Shown: one piece after another, positions 17,684 to 25,084 of the stretch
Layout of the letters: every line of letters begins with the position of its first letter
Position numbering within the stretch: position 1 is the stretch's first letter
Virus record (IMG/VR): IMGVR_UViG_3300017909_001161
Location: 1-36,645 of that record
Strand: one strand, 5' to 3'
DNA from: a virus
Taxonomy: Duplodnaviria > Caudoviricetes
DNA length: 36,645 bases
Position numbers and translations under genes: made by a program
Notes under the pieces: model-generated
Told to the model about the DNA's origin: nothing
Databases searched by the model: none
What the model saw: only the letters and a program-made list of their open reading frames with translations

Positions 17684-17947
17684 ATGACAAAAGATACAGA
17701 TACAGTAGTACATTGGATGGATATTGAGAACGCCATCTATACCAGTACCTTTGACTTCTATGGTCAAGGTAACGAGGACATCAACAAGGTGATTGAGGAT
17801 GTCAGAGTCATCGCACACCTATGGGTGGAGCCCGATGTAGACGAACCCCAGGTGATGGGATACAAGACGAACCCAGAGATGGAGCTGCACGACTGGGATA
17901 TTGAAGCCATCGTACAGTTCTTTGAGGAGGAGGTAGACAATGTCTAA
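17684..17947 (+). CDS. Hypothetical acidic protein
   Basis: Track ORF 17627..17947 trimmed to ATG 17684 after the previous stop. Confidence 0.7.
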   Translation: MTKDTDTVVHWMDIENAIYTSTFDFYGQGNEDINKVIEDVRVIAHLWVEPDVDEPQVMGYKTNPEMELHDWDIEAIVQFFEEEVDNV

Positions 17948-18161
17948 GCCAACAATAAGTAACAGTCTAAGGCTTGAAATATGTTGCAAGCTCGCCGATG
18001 CCGAGGTCAACAGGCGTATGGAATCCGGCGACATGGATCAAGTCTATAGGTTTGACGCATACGGTGTCGAACACTACACCGAGGAGGCACAGGAACTCTT
18101 CAATGAGATACACGATGAGACTGAGTTCATCCTCGAAGAATTTTTCAACATACAAGACTAA
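17940..18161 (+). CDS. Hypothetical acidic protein (YTEEAQELFN motif)
   Basis: ORF track. Confidence 0.75.
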   Translation: MSKPTISNSLRLEICCKLADAEVNRRMESGDMDQVYRFDAYGVEHYTEEAQELFNEIHDETEFILEEFFNIQD

Positions 18162-18173
18162 CCAATACACGCC

Positions 18174-18350
18174 ATGAAATATAAAATCAAAGACCTCCTA
18201 TCCGGAGCCACCTACGAATGGACGATCCGAGACATCCTCAACGAGATCAATCGTGACCGCTCATCTGAGTGGACGGATTACGACGAAACCGATTGGATGG
18301 AGGGATGGAATCAATGGGTCGAGGGTGAATATTTTTCGCTCAAAGATTAA
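18174..18350 (+). CDS. Small acidic Trp-rich protein, 58 aa (MKYKIKDLLSGATYEWTIRDILNEINRDRSSEWTDYDETDWMEGWNQWVEGEYFSLKD)
   Basis: Manually translated; fills the gap in the operon. Confidence 0.75.
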   Translation: MKYKIKDLLSGATYEWTIRDILNEINRDRSSEWTDYDETDWMEGWNQWVEGEYFSLKD

Positions 18351-18367
18351 CACCAACCAATACATCA

Positions 18368-18595
18368 ATGAAAACAGAAAAACAGATAGATCATTTACAT
18401 AAAAACATTACACGCTTGTCAGCAATAGTAACCAGCGGTGTATTTATACCAACCCAGAGTGAAGACGATGATTGGGGCACTATTAACCCAATCGAGCCTG
18501 GAGAAAAACTAACAAAGGGTGCGTTAGTATCCCACATAGATGCCCTCATACATAACCTAAAAGAACTTAACGAAACAATCTTAACCAACAACTAA
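18368..18595 (+). CDS. Hypothetical protein
   Basis: ORF track; AT-richer than neighbours. Confidence 0.65.
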   Translation: MKTEKQIDHLHKNITRLSAIVTSGVFIPTQSEDDDWGTINPIEPGEKLTKGALVSHIDALIHNLKELNETILTNN

Positions 18596-18609
18596 ACAAA
18601 GGAACCAAA

Positions 18610-19002
18610 ATGACAAGAGATAAAGTAAAACAACTACGTGAAGCCATCCAGTCCGTGATCAATGATTCCGGCATCGAGGATGAGAACCAGTGCAAGATCC
18701 GTATTGGCAACGCCAGCTACTCGGACAGTAACTGCACCCTAAAGATCGAGGTATCGGATGTCACCGATGACGGCACAGTCCTAACCAAGGAGGCCATTGA
18801 CTTCAAGACTCACGCCAAGGGTCTAGGTCTTGAGCCGGAGATGCTTGGTGCTACGTTCGAGAGCCGTGGCAAGGAGTACGTGATCGCAGGTCTGAAGCCA
18901 CGATCCACTAAGTTCCCTGTCCTCGCCATCGAGGTCGGTACGAATGACCGCTACAAGTTCCCTGTATCAGTCATCCAACTCCGTCTATCCCAGGTCGCCT
19001 AA
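18610..19002 (+). CDS. Conserved hypothetical phage protein (GLKPRSTKFPV...YKFP)
   Basis: ORF track; codon usage matches the operon. Confidence 0.75.
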   Translation: MTRDKVKQLREAIQSVINDSGIEDENQCKIRIGNASYSDSNCTLKIEVSDVTDDGTVLTKEAIDFKTHAKGLGLEPEMLGATFESRGKEYVIAGLKPRSTKFPVLAIEVGTNDRYKFPVSVIQLRLSQVA

Positions 19003-19079
19003 TGGATTCTCAGACGATATTCTTAACGGCCATCACGGTATTCGTGGTTGCCTCAGTACTCCTTAGCCTACAGTCTTAA
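19002..19079 (+). CDS. Tiny hydrophobic peptide, 25 aa (MDSQTIFLTAITVFVVASVLLSLQS)
   Basis: Manually translated; TAATG coupling. Confidence 0.45.
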   Translation: MDSQTIFLTAITVFVVASVLLSLQS

Positions 19080-19175
19080 GACTGCCCTTCCTTAGGATTC
19101 TATTCACTTAATTTATTTTAATAAATAATTAATTAAGGCTTGCCCCTTAAGAAGTGACTTCCTTAAGGTAGGGCT
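19060..19175. repeat. Origin-like element B; inverted homologue of 14525..14645
   Basis: CTTAAGACTGCCCTTCCTTAGGATTC, an almost pure A/T core (19108-19136), TTAAGGCTTG and CCTTAAGGTAG. Confidence 0.6.
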
Positions 19176-19193
19176 TTCATTCAACCTAGTCAA
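19165..19193 (-). promoter_or_regulatory. Antisense sigma70-type promoter reading into element B
   Basis: Minus strand TTGACT-17 nt-TACCTT. Confidence 0.45.
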
Positions 19194-19208
19194 ACCAGAA
19201 TAAAATAT

Positions 19209-19595
19209 ATGAGTATACAGATACATACATTCCCACAGGGTCAACAACTCTCCGATGGAGAGCTAGTGCAGGTCCAAGTCGCTCAGTCGGGTCGGCTTGT
19301 TTTCAAGGACGCTTACTTCCACGAGCTACAGGATGGTGACAAGTACATCATCCCTGATCAGGTAGAGATGCCTCTCGCCAGCGATACAGACATCCTTGAC
19401 TTCATCATACGAGGCAAGGTCAAGTGGATCATCGACGATGACTCATGGTGCGGCGGTGTCCTCATCTATGATGCCGATAATACTACCAATGACCTGGCGA
19501 GGGTTGCTGTTCCTCCTGCTGAATTCAGTCAGAAGAACATAAATGGTGCGTTCCGTGAGGCAATGACCGAGGTCATCAACAACCAAGAGTTGTAG
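19209..19595 (+). CDS. Hypothetical protein
   Basis: ORF track. Confidence 0.7.
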   Translation: MSIQIHTFPQGQQLSDGELVQVQVAQSGRLVFKDAYFHELQDGDKYIIPDQVEMPLASDTDILDFIIRGKVKWIIDDDSWCGGVLIYDADNTTNDLARVAVPPAEFSQKNINGAFREAMTEVINNQEL

Positions 19596-19650
19596 CTTGA
19601 CAATCTGGGTGCAGCCGTCAAGATGACGGCTCACCCTTAACCATGCAGAT

Positions 19651-20409
19651 ATGCCTCACTTCTATAATTGCCAAGATGTAACTGACCCACAGTTTGAACC
19701 ATTGATAACAACCCCAGCCAAGGCAAGGAAGCAGAGGAAGGTATACCCCAGCGTGACAACGGTTCTTGGTGTGGTCAAAGATCAGTTCTTGGATTCAATC
19801 TATAAGCCAAAGATGATCACCAAGCTGGCACGTGAGAAACCGAACCTTGATTGGCAGGACATCGAACGGCTGACCTACGGCACAAGGGAACACCCAATCA
19901 CCGGTGAAACCATTGAGTCCTCTGAGTTCGGCACGACGGTACACAAGGTGATCGAGGATCACATCGGGTACGGCTGGCTCGGAGAGGACCGGCCTCAACC
20001 AAGTGCGTGGGATCAATGGGCGTTACCATTCGTTGAGTGGGTACAGGAGAACGGCGTGAAGCCAATAGCCTGTGAGCGCATCATCGCCAACAGTCGTATC
20101 AAGATCGCTGGTAGCGTTGACTTCATTGGTCACGACGACGAGGGAAAACTTTTCTTAGCTGACTACAAATGCCGTACCAACACAGGGGGCAAGGCTAAGG
20201 TGTACGACAAGGACTGTCAACAACTGGCCATTGAGTCCTTCATGCTGATGAAGGAACACGGCTTGGGCTACCTGCCTGGGTGCAGGTCAGTCGTCATTGA
20301 CTGCGATACCATGAAGCATTACCACAAGCTGTGGTCACAGGATGAGATGCACAAGGGGATCAAAGTCGCCAAGAAGTGTGCAGAACTTTACTGGTTACTC
20401 AGAATGTAA
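19651..20409 (+). CDS. PD-(D/E)XK exonuclease
   Basis: YPSVTTVL, GTTVH, E...IAGSVD...LADYK and QQLA motifs. Confidence 0.85.
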   Translation: MPHFYNCQDVTDPQFEPLITTPAKARKQRKVYPSVTTVLGVVKDQFLDSIYKPKMITKLAREKPNLDWQDIERLTYGTREHPITGETIESSEFGTTVHKVIEDHIGYGWLGEDRPQPSAWDQWALPFVEWVQENGVKPIACERIIANSRIKIAGSVDFIGHDDEGKLFLADYKCRTNTGGKAKVYDKDCQQLAIESFMLMKEHGLGYLPGCRSVVIDCDTMKHYHKLWSQDEMHKGIKVAKKCAELYWLLRM

Positions 20410-20837
20410 TGCGTAAACGTTTCAGCCAAGAAGTATTCGATAGGTACGATGTAGCTGCCAGGTCAGCCACAAAGGACTTCATGGAATCAATTGGGTGGGA
20501 CTGCTGGGATCACCCAGACAAGTACGCACAGGATCTTGTAGCCAAGAAGGATGACACCGAGATACTCGTTGAGTGCGAGGTCAAGACACTCTGGAGCGGT
20601 GACACGTTCCCATTCTCTACGGTACAGTTGCCGGAAAGAAAACGTAAATTTTTTAGTGACAGAACCGTGTTCTTCATATGGAATAAAGAAATCACTAACG
20701 CAATATACTTCTGGAGCAAGAGCATTGAACACCTTGAGCCAGTCGTTGTGCAGAACAAGTACGTCAGGGATGGCGAATACTTTTATCAGATACCAATTAA
20801 CCTAACCAAAACAACAAATAAATTAGAAGGATTATAA
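20409..20837 (+). CDS. Restriction endonuclease-fold (PD-(D/E)XK) protein
   Basis: QDLV...VECEVK motif; start trimmed to ATG 20409 (TAATG). Confidence 0.6.
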   Translation: MRKRFSQEVFDRYDVAARSATKDFMESIGWDCWDHPDKYAQDLVAKKDDTEILVECEVKTLWSGDTFPFSTVQLPERKRKFFSDRTVFFIWNKEITNAIYFWSKSIEHLEPVVVQNKYVRDGEYFYQIPINLTKTTNKLEGL

Positions 20838-22045
20838 TGTGGATACTACCAAAACAATTACACACCTCAGCCTATGTAGCGGATACGAAGGGATCGGGAC
20901 AGGACTCCGAAGAGTTCTCCCAAACCTGCGAGAGATCGCTTACGTGGAGAGGGAAGGATTCGTTGCAGCGAACTTGGTTGCAAAGATGGAAGAGGGAAGG
21001 CTGGATGCAGCACCTGTCTTCACGGACGTTAAGACCTTCCCATACGGAAGGTTTCGTGGATGCGTGGACATCCTCTCTGGAGGGTTCCCGTGCCAACCTT
21101 TCAGTAGTGCTGGAGTCCGTAAAGGAACTGAAGATCCCAGGCATCTCTTCCCGTACATCCGAGACGGGATCCGAGAGTGCCAGCCCGGAATTGTTTTCCT
21201 CGAAAACGTTGAAGGAATTATCTCAAGTAAAATGCCCGATGGAGAATCGGTTCTCCAATATGTCCTCCGAGAACTGGAAGGACTGGGTTACATCGCAACG
21301 GCAGGAGTTTTCTCAGCGAGTGAAGTCGGCGCACCTCATCAGAGAAAGCGGGTCTTTATCTTGGGCTACTCCAAACACAATGGATCATATGGATCAGAGG
21401 AGTCCAGAGGCATTACAGCGACAGTTCGAGACATCCCGCAAGGGACGGACGCAACCAGCCAACCTTCGGGAGCAGGTGCATCCACAGAACTGGCCGACAT
21501 CGAGAACATCGGACGCAGAGGGCGGCCGCATCGATACGATAATGACCAAGGACGGATTCAAGAGCAAGCGACACAAGAGCGATCAATACTTCGGGGCGAA
21601 ACTGCGGGATGCGGTGGAGACTCACGAGGAGAACTGGCCGACGGCAACAACGAGGGACTGGAAGGACACGAACGCCACGGTTCCACCGAGCCGAGCGAAC
21701 CCATCCAAGCAGACACTTGGACAGAGGGTAGCACACGTTGGCCTGCTCGACCAAGCCAACCACAGTACGATTGGGAAGAACCAAGAGTCGTGGCCGACAC
21801 CAAGAGCCAACAAGGTGCATCCGGAAATCACGGATCAGAATCGGGAGCAACTTGCGAACCGAGGGAAGGCGAACCTAGAGGAGGATGTAGCGGGTCATTG
21901 CGGGAAAGCAACGGGCAAGCTGAATCCAGATTGGGTCGAGCAACTAATGGGTCTACCAGTCGGGTGGACAGACTTAGGATCTTGGGCAACGGGGTCGTCC
22001 CAGCCACAGCAGCCAAAGCCTTCATCGTCCTCATCCAAAGGGTAG
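20837..22045 (+). CDS. Alternative-frame partner (beta-like chain) of the C5 methyltransferase: W(A/P)T repeats plus a motif IX-like segment
   Basis: Four W(A/P)Tx...L...V repeats and LNPDWVEQLMGLPVGWTD; ATG coupled to the upstream stop. Confidence 0.65.
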   Translation: MWILPKQLHTSAYVADTKGSGQDSEEFSQTCERSLTWRGKDSLQRTWLQRWKREGWMQHLSSRTLRPSHTEGFVDAWTSSLEGSRANLSVVLESVKELKIPGISSRTSETGSESASPELFSSKTLKELSQVKCPMENRFSNMSSENWKDWVTSQRQEFSQRVKSAHLIRESGSLSWATPNTMDHMDQRSPEALQRQFETSRKGRTQPANLREQVHPQNWPTSRTSDAEGGRIDTIMTKDGFKSKRHKSDQYFGAKLRDAVETHEENWPTATTRDWKDTNATVPPSRANPSKQTLGQRVAHVGLLDQANHSTIGKNQESWPTPRANKVHPEITDQNREQLANRGKANLEEDVAGHCGKATGKLNPDWVEQLMGLPVGWTDLGSWATGSSQPQQPKPSSSSSKG

Positions 22046-22050
22046 TATGA
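20839..22050 (+). CDS. DNA (cytosine-5) methyltransferase, catalytic chain
   Basis: Motif I SLCSGYEG, IV GGFPCQPFS, VI LENV, VIII PHQRKRVFI, X RLRILGNGVVP. Confidence 0.9.
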   Translation: MDTTKTITHLSLCSGYEGIGTGLRRVLPNLREIAYVEREGFVAANLVAKMEEGRLDAAPVFTDVKTFPYGRFRGCVDILSGGFPCQPFSSAGVRKGTEDPRHLFPYIRDGIRECQPGIVFLENVEGIISSKMPDGESVLQYVLRELEGLGYIATAGVFSASEVGAPHQRKRVFILGYSKHNGSYGSEESRGITATVRDIPQGTDATSQPSGAGASTELADIENIGRRGRPHRYDNDQGRIQEQATQERSILRGETAGCGGDSRGELADGNNEGLEGHERHGSTEPSEPIQADTWTEGSTRWPARPSQPQYDWEEPRVVADTKSQQGASGNHGSESGATCEPREGEPRGGCSGSLRESNGQAESRLGRATNGSTSRVDRLRILGNGVVPATAAKAFIVLIQRVV

Positions 22051-22235
22051 ACCAGTACAGGATTAGGTACGTCCGACAGGATATGCCAAAAGGTTACGTC
22101 TCGAACGTAGTCAAGTACGCAAGGGACGAGAAGGAAGCCATCAAGCACCTGGGGGGATCGAAGCCAGACAAGGCAGGGTTCTTCCGCATGAAGCGTGGTG
22201 GCGTAGGACAGATTCAATCAATCGAAAAACTATGA
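22047..22235 (+). CDS. Hypothetical protein
   Basis: ORF track; ATGA overlap. Confidence 0.7.
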   Translation: MNQYRIRYVRQDMPKGYVSNVVKYARDEKEAIKHLGGSKPDKAGFFRMKRGGVGQIQSIEKL

Positions 22236-22570
22236 ACTCAATAAGACAATTAAATCACGACGAAAATAAAAACATCGGGAACTTCTTGCGTTGGGCGCAG
22301 GAAAGGATCGCCAAGGAGATGGAGATGATCGACGAGTCCGAGATCGAGGACACATCGAGCATTTACTCACCTAAGAAAAAACCAGGACCGAAGACACCCC
22401 CAACCGAGGAGATGATGGAGACGATAAGATCCGTCGATGCACTTAGGGACAAGGGTATGAAACTTCCAGAGGCTACGAAGGTTGTTGGTATATACCCAGA
22501 CAAGTACGCCAAATGGAGGGAAAAACTTAACCTAAGCAAGTATAAAAAGAATGTACCTACCGAGCAATAG
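22232..22570 (+). CDS. Hypothetical protein with HTH-like C-terminus
   Basis: GMKLPEATKVVGIYPDKYAKWR. Confidence 0.6.
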   Translation: MNSIRQLNHDENKNIGNFLRWAQERIAKEMEMIDESEIEDTSSIYSPKKKPGPKTPPTEEMMETIRSVDALRDKGMKLPEATKVVGIYPDKYAKWREKLNLSKYKKNVPTEQ

Positions 22571-22997
22571 ACTAGCCAAGTGGCGTAACGCAAACAAGCC
22601 AAGCCGATGCCCGATCCTTGACCAAGCAACAAGGGATTGGGTCGTTGACCATGACCACAAGACCGGTATGGTTCGTGGCGTTATCTCTCGTGTGGCGAAC
22701 TCACTGGTCGGGAAGATTGAGAACTTCCTGTACAGTAGGTGTGCTAGAAAGAAGGACGACTTCCCGAAGATACTGAGGAACGTCGCTGACTACCTAGAGA
22801 GAAAGGAGATGAACGTGCTACACCCTGTTGGACTAAAGCAACTGACCAACAGGTTTGGTAACTCGCTTACAGCACAGGAGCAGTACGATGTGCTGCGTGT
22901 GTTAGGTGCTTCGGATGAAGTGCTTGATACCTGTTCTAATCTCAAGAGCCGGAAGGCTTTGTTCAGAAAACTAACCAAGGAAAAATACGATGATTAA
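22551..22997 (+). CDS. Recombination endonuclease VII-like (His-Me finger) nuclease
   Basis: CPIL...VVDHDHKTGMVRGVI...N...G motif. Confidence 0.8.
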   Translation: MYLPSNRLAKWRNANKPSRCPILDQATRDWVVDHDHKTGMVRGVISRVANSLVGKIENFLYSRCARKKDDFPKILRNVADYLERKEMNVLHPVGLKQLTNRFGNSLTAQEQYDVLRVLGASDEVLDTCSNLKSRKALFRKLTKEKYDD

Positions 22998-23505
22998 ACA
23001 AAAGAAAAGACAGAGGAACATTTACGTAATTAAGTCCGGTCCATTCGTGAAGATCGGCAGAACTGACGGTGACGTTAAGAAACGTTTATCTAATCTACAG
23101 ATAGGCAACCCTCACCAGATGAACATATCTTACGCTTGTAATATTGAAGGACTCTGTACACCAGATGGAATCCAGGTGACATCCTTCGCCTTTGAAAGGA
23201 TGATACATACTCGTCTGTCAGAGAGCCGTGCGAACGGGGAGTGGTTCCTGCTTCACCCAGATGAGGCAAGGGTTGCTATACATGAACTAATAGATGAGAT
23301 ACGGTACGGCGAGACTGACCCAACGGAAATACCGATGAGAACAACGCCTCACCGCCTAATCTGCATCCGTGTAACGAACGCAACCTTTGATGCCATGGCA
23401 AATAAGTCCGATAAGGAACTCGATGACTACGCTACTGAGGCCGTTCGTCTAAAGATGTTAGTTGACAAAGGCACACATTCTCTTGTAGAAAACTCACTTA
23501 ACTAA
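22990..23505 (+). CDS. GIY-YIG family protein (T5orf172 / MUG113-like)
   Basis: IYVI...VKIGRT...RLSNLQIGNP...ERMIH...GEWF. Confidence 0.8.
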   Translation: MIKQKKRQRNIYVIKSGPFVKIGRTDGDVKKRLSNLQIGNPHQMNISYACNIEGLCTPDGIQVTSFAFERMIHTRLSESRANGEWFLLHPDEARVAIHELIDEIRYGETDPTEIPMRTTPHRLICIRVTNATFDAMANKSDKELDDYATEAVRLKMLVDKGTHSLVENSLN

Positions 23506-23517
23506 CCAACAATACAT

Positions 23518-23973
23518 ATGAGTCATAACATAAGACAAAAACTAGAAGGGATTCAGGCATCCCTCAAAGCTCCGAAGGGGCAGACAAATAAATTCGGAGG
23601 GTACAAGTACCGCTCCTGTGAGGACATCCTTACCGCCGCCAAGCCTCTGCTTGCCAAGTGGGGTTGCTCGCTAGTAATCAGCGATGATATTTCTGATGTT
23701 GGTGGGCGAGTTTACGTCAAGGCAACCGCTAGGTTACTAAATGGCGATAATGCAGCCTACGATCAAGAGGAGAATGTAATCGAGACAACTGCATACGCTC
23801 GTGAGGCAGAAAACAAGAAGGGTATGGACGATGCCCAGATTACCGGCAGTGCGAGCTCATACGCTCGTAAGTACGCATTGAATGGTCTCTTCGCCATTGA
23901 CGACACCAAAGACCCAGATGCTACCAACGACCACGGCAAGGGGGCTAAGGCTTCATCTAACCCAGGATTCTAA
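23518..23973 (+). CDS. erf: ERF family single-strand annealing protein
   Basis: NKFGGYKYRSCEDIL and AQITGSASSYARKYALNGLFAIDD motifs. Confidence 0.9.
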   Translation: MSHNIRQKLEGIQASLKAPKGQTNKFGGYKYRSCEDILTAAKPLLAKWGCSLVISDDISDVGGRVYVKATARLLNGDNAAYDQEENVIETTAYAREAENKKGMDDAQITGSASSYARKYALNGLFAIDDTKDPDATNDHGKGAKASSNPGF

Positions 23974-23975
23974 TC

Positions 23976-24248
23976 ATGTTTGCACGTAGCAAAGATATAC
24001 TGGCAGTACAGAACTCAGTTGATTCCCTTGAGGAAAGGGCTAGGGCATCCAATGACCACGTTGTTCATTCAATCGAGGAACTACAGGAGGTTGTGGAAGG
24101 CATGAGTGATTACATTGAGGACAATGAAGTCAACGCCTCTGAGCTAGAAAAAAAACTTGAAGCTCTCTGCAAGCACCTCGGTGTAAGCATTGATTTCAAC
24201 GAGTCACATCTATCCTACGATGTTACCGAAACCGATAACAATAACTAA
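23976..24248 (+). CDS. Hypothetical acidic coiled-coil protein
   Basis: ORF track. Confidence 0.7.
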   Translation: MFARSKDILAVQNSVDSLEERARASNDHVVHSIEELQEVVEGMSDYIEDNEVNASELEKKLEALCKHLGVSIDFNESHLSYDVTETDNNN

Positions 24249-24259
24249 CCAATAATATT

Positions 24260-24502
24260 ATGGCAGAATACGATAATACAAACAGCGGCACATTCTTCGT
24301 CAATGACCGCAAGGAAAAAGAAACTCACCCGGATTACACGGGAAAGATCAACGTTGAGGGTACTGAGTACTACCTCAAGGGATGGAAGAAGATAGCCAAG
24401 AGTGGGCTTAACTTCCTGTCCTTGGCACTCGACCCTGTCGACAAGGCTGCATCTACCCCTAAGCAGCCAACGTCGCCTACCAATGATCCTGAGCCATTCT
24501 AA
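24260..24502 (+). CDS. Small ssDNA-binding-like protein
   Basis: NSG..F.N..K....PDYTG.I...G..Y...GW pattern and acidic PF C-terminus; near erf. Confidence 0.65.
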   Translation: MAEYDNTNSGTFFVNDRKEKETHPDYTGKINVEGTEYYLKGWKKIAKSGLNFLSLALDPVDKAASTPKQPTSPTNDPEPF

Positions 24503-24831
24503 TGCCGCAATACGATAAGGATTGGTGGGGAGACTTTCGTCAGTGTGAGGTCCAGCACGTGTTGGATCTTACCGCTGACAAGAACTCTGACTACACTGGT
24601 GGCGAGACCTGCGACAATCCGTTCGCTAACTTCGATGCCAGCACTGAGTTCGGGGTCGACCCACTGGTCGGTGTCTGCATCCGTATGCAGGACAAATTCC
24701 AGAGAGCTAAGGCTTTCTGTGCTGATGGCAAACTCTCCGTTAACTCAGATGGAGATAAGGCCAAAGATATTTTCCGGGATCTCATTGGTTATTCATTGAT
24801 AGCCATTGGGATGCTAGAAAGAAACGGGTAG
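24502..24831 (+). CDS. Nucleotide-modification-associated (DUF1599 / Nmad1-like) protein
   Basis: KNSDY...NPFANF...IRMQDKFQR...DIFRDLIGYS. Confidence 0.7.
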   Translation: MPQYDKDWWGDFRQCEVQHVLDLTADKNSDYTGGETCDNPFANFDASTEFGVDPLVGVCIRMQDKFQRAKAFCADGKLSVNSDGDKAKDIFRDLIGYSLIAIGMLERNG

Positions 24832-24853
24832 CTGAGTCAACATAATGATACAA

Positions 24854-24898
24854 TGTCTGGCTCCTTGCACTTCGGCAGGGGGTCAGGCATTTTTTTTT
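24854..24898 (+). terminator. Intrinsic terminator
   Basis: 15-bp stem TGTCTGGCTCCTTGC/GCAGGGGGTCAGGCA with G-U pairs, followed by a T run. Confidence 0.75.
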
Positions 24899-24910
24899 AC
24901 TTATACACAA

Positions 24911-25084
24911 ATGGAAAATTCACTCAAAGAAGCGGTATTGACATCAATTAAATTATATGATCAAATAGATTTTTACAGATTACCGCAGGAACTTCAAATA
25001 AAATACAAGGGGCTGGGTCAATGCTTAAGAACAGCCCTCGAACTGACCACCAATGATAAACAACAGAATACCACTACACAATAG
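24911..25084 (+). CDS. Hypothetical small protein (MENSLKEAV...)
   Basis: Track ORF 24845..25084 trimmed to the ATG after the terminator. Confidence 0.6.
   Translation: MENSLKEAVLTSIKLYDQIDFYRLPQELQIKYKGLGQCLRTALELTTNDKQQNTTTQ

Noticed and set aside
19609-19631. Hairpin AGCCGTCA-AGA-TGACGGCT as a terminator
   Set aside because: No U tract follows; it overlaps a TTGACA-type promoter region, so its role is unclear and it was not called.
20837-22050. Methyltransferase as a frameshifted pseudogene or sequencing error
   Set aside because: Both frames are stop-free across the whole 1.2 kb and each carries its own conserved motifs; motif IX-like and motif X segments lie in different frames, as in known two-chain enzymes.
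22990-23505. Self-splicing intron associated with the GIY-YIG ORF
   Set aside because: Flanking genes are intact and abut the ORF, leaving no room for an intron core.
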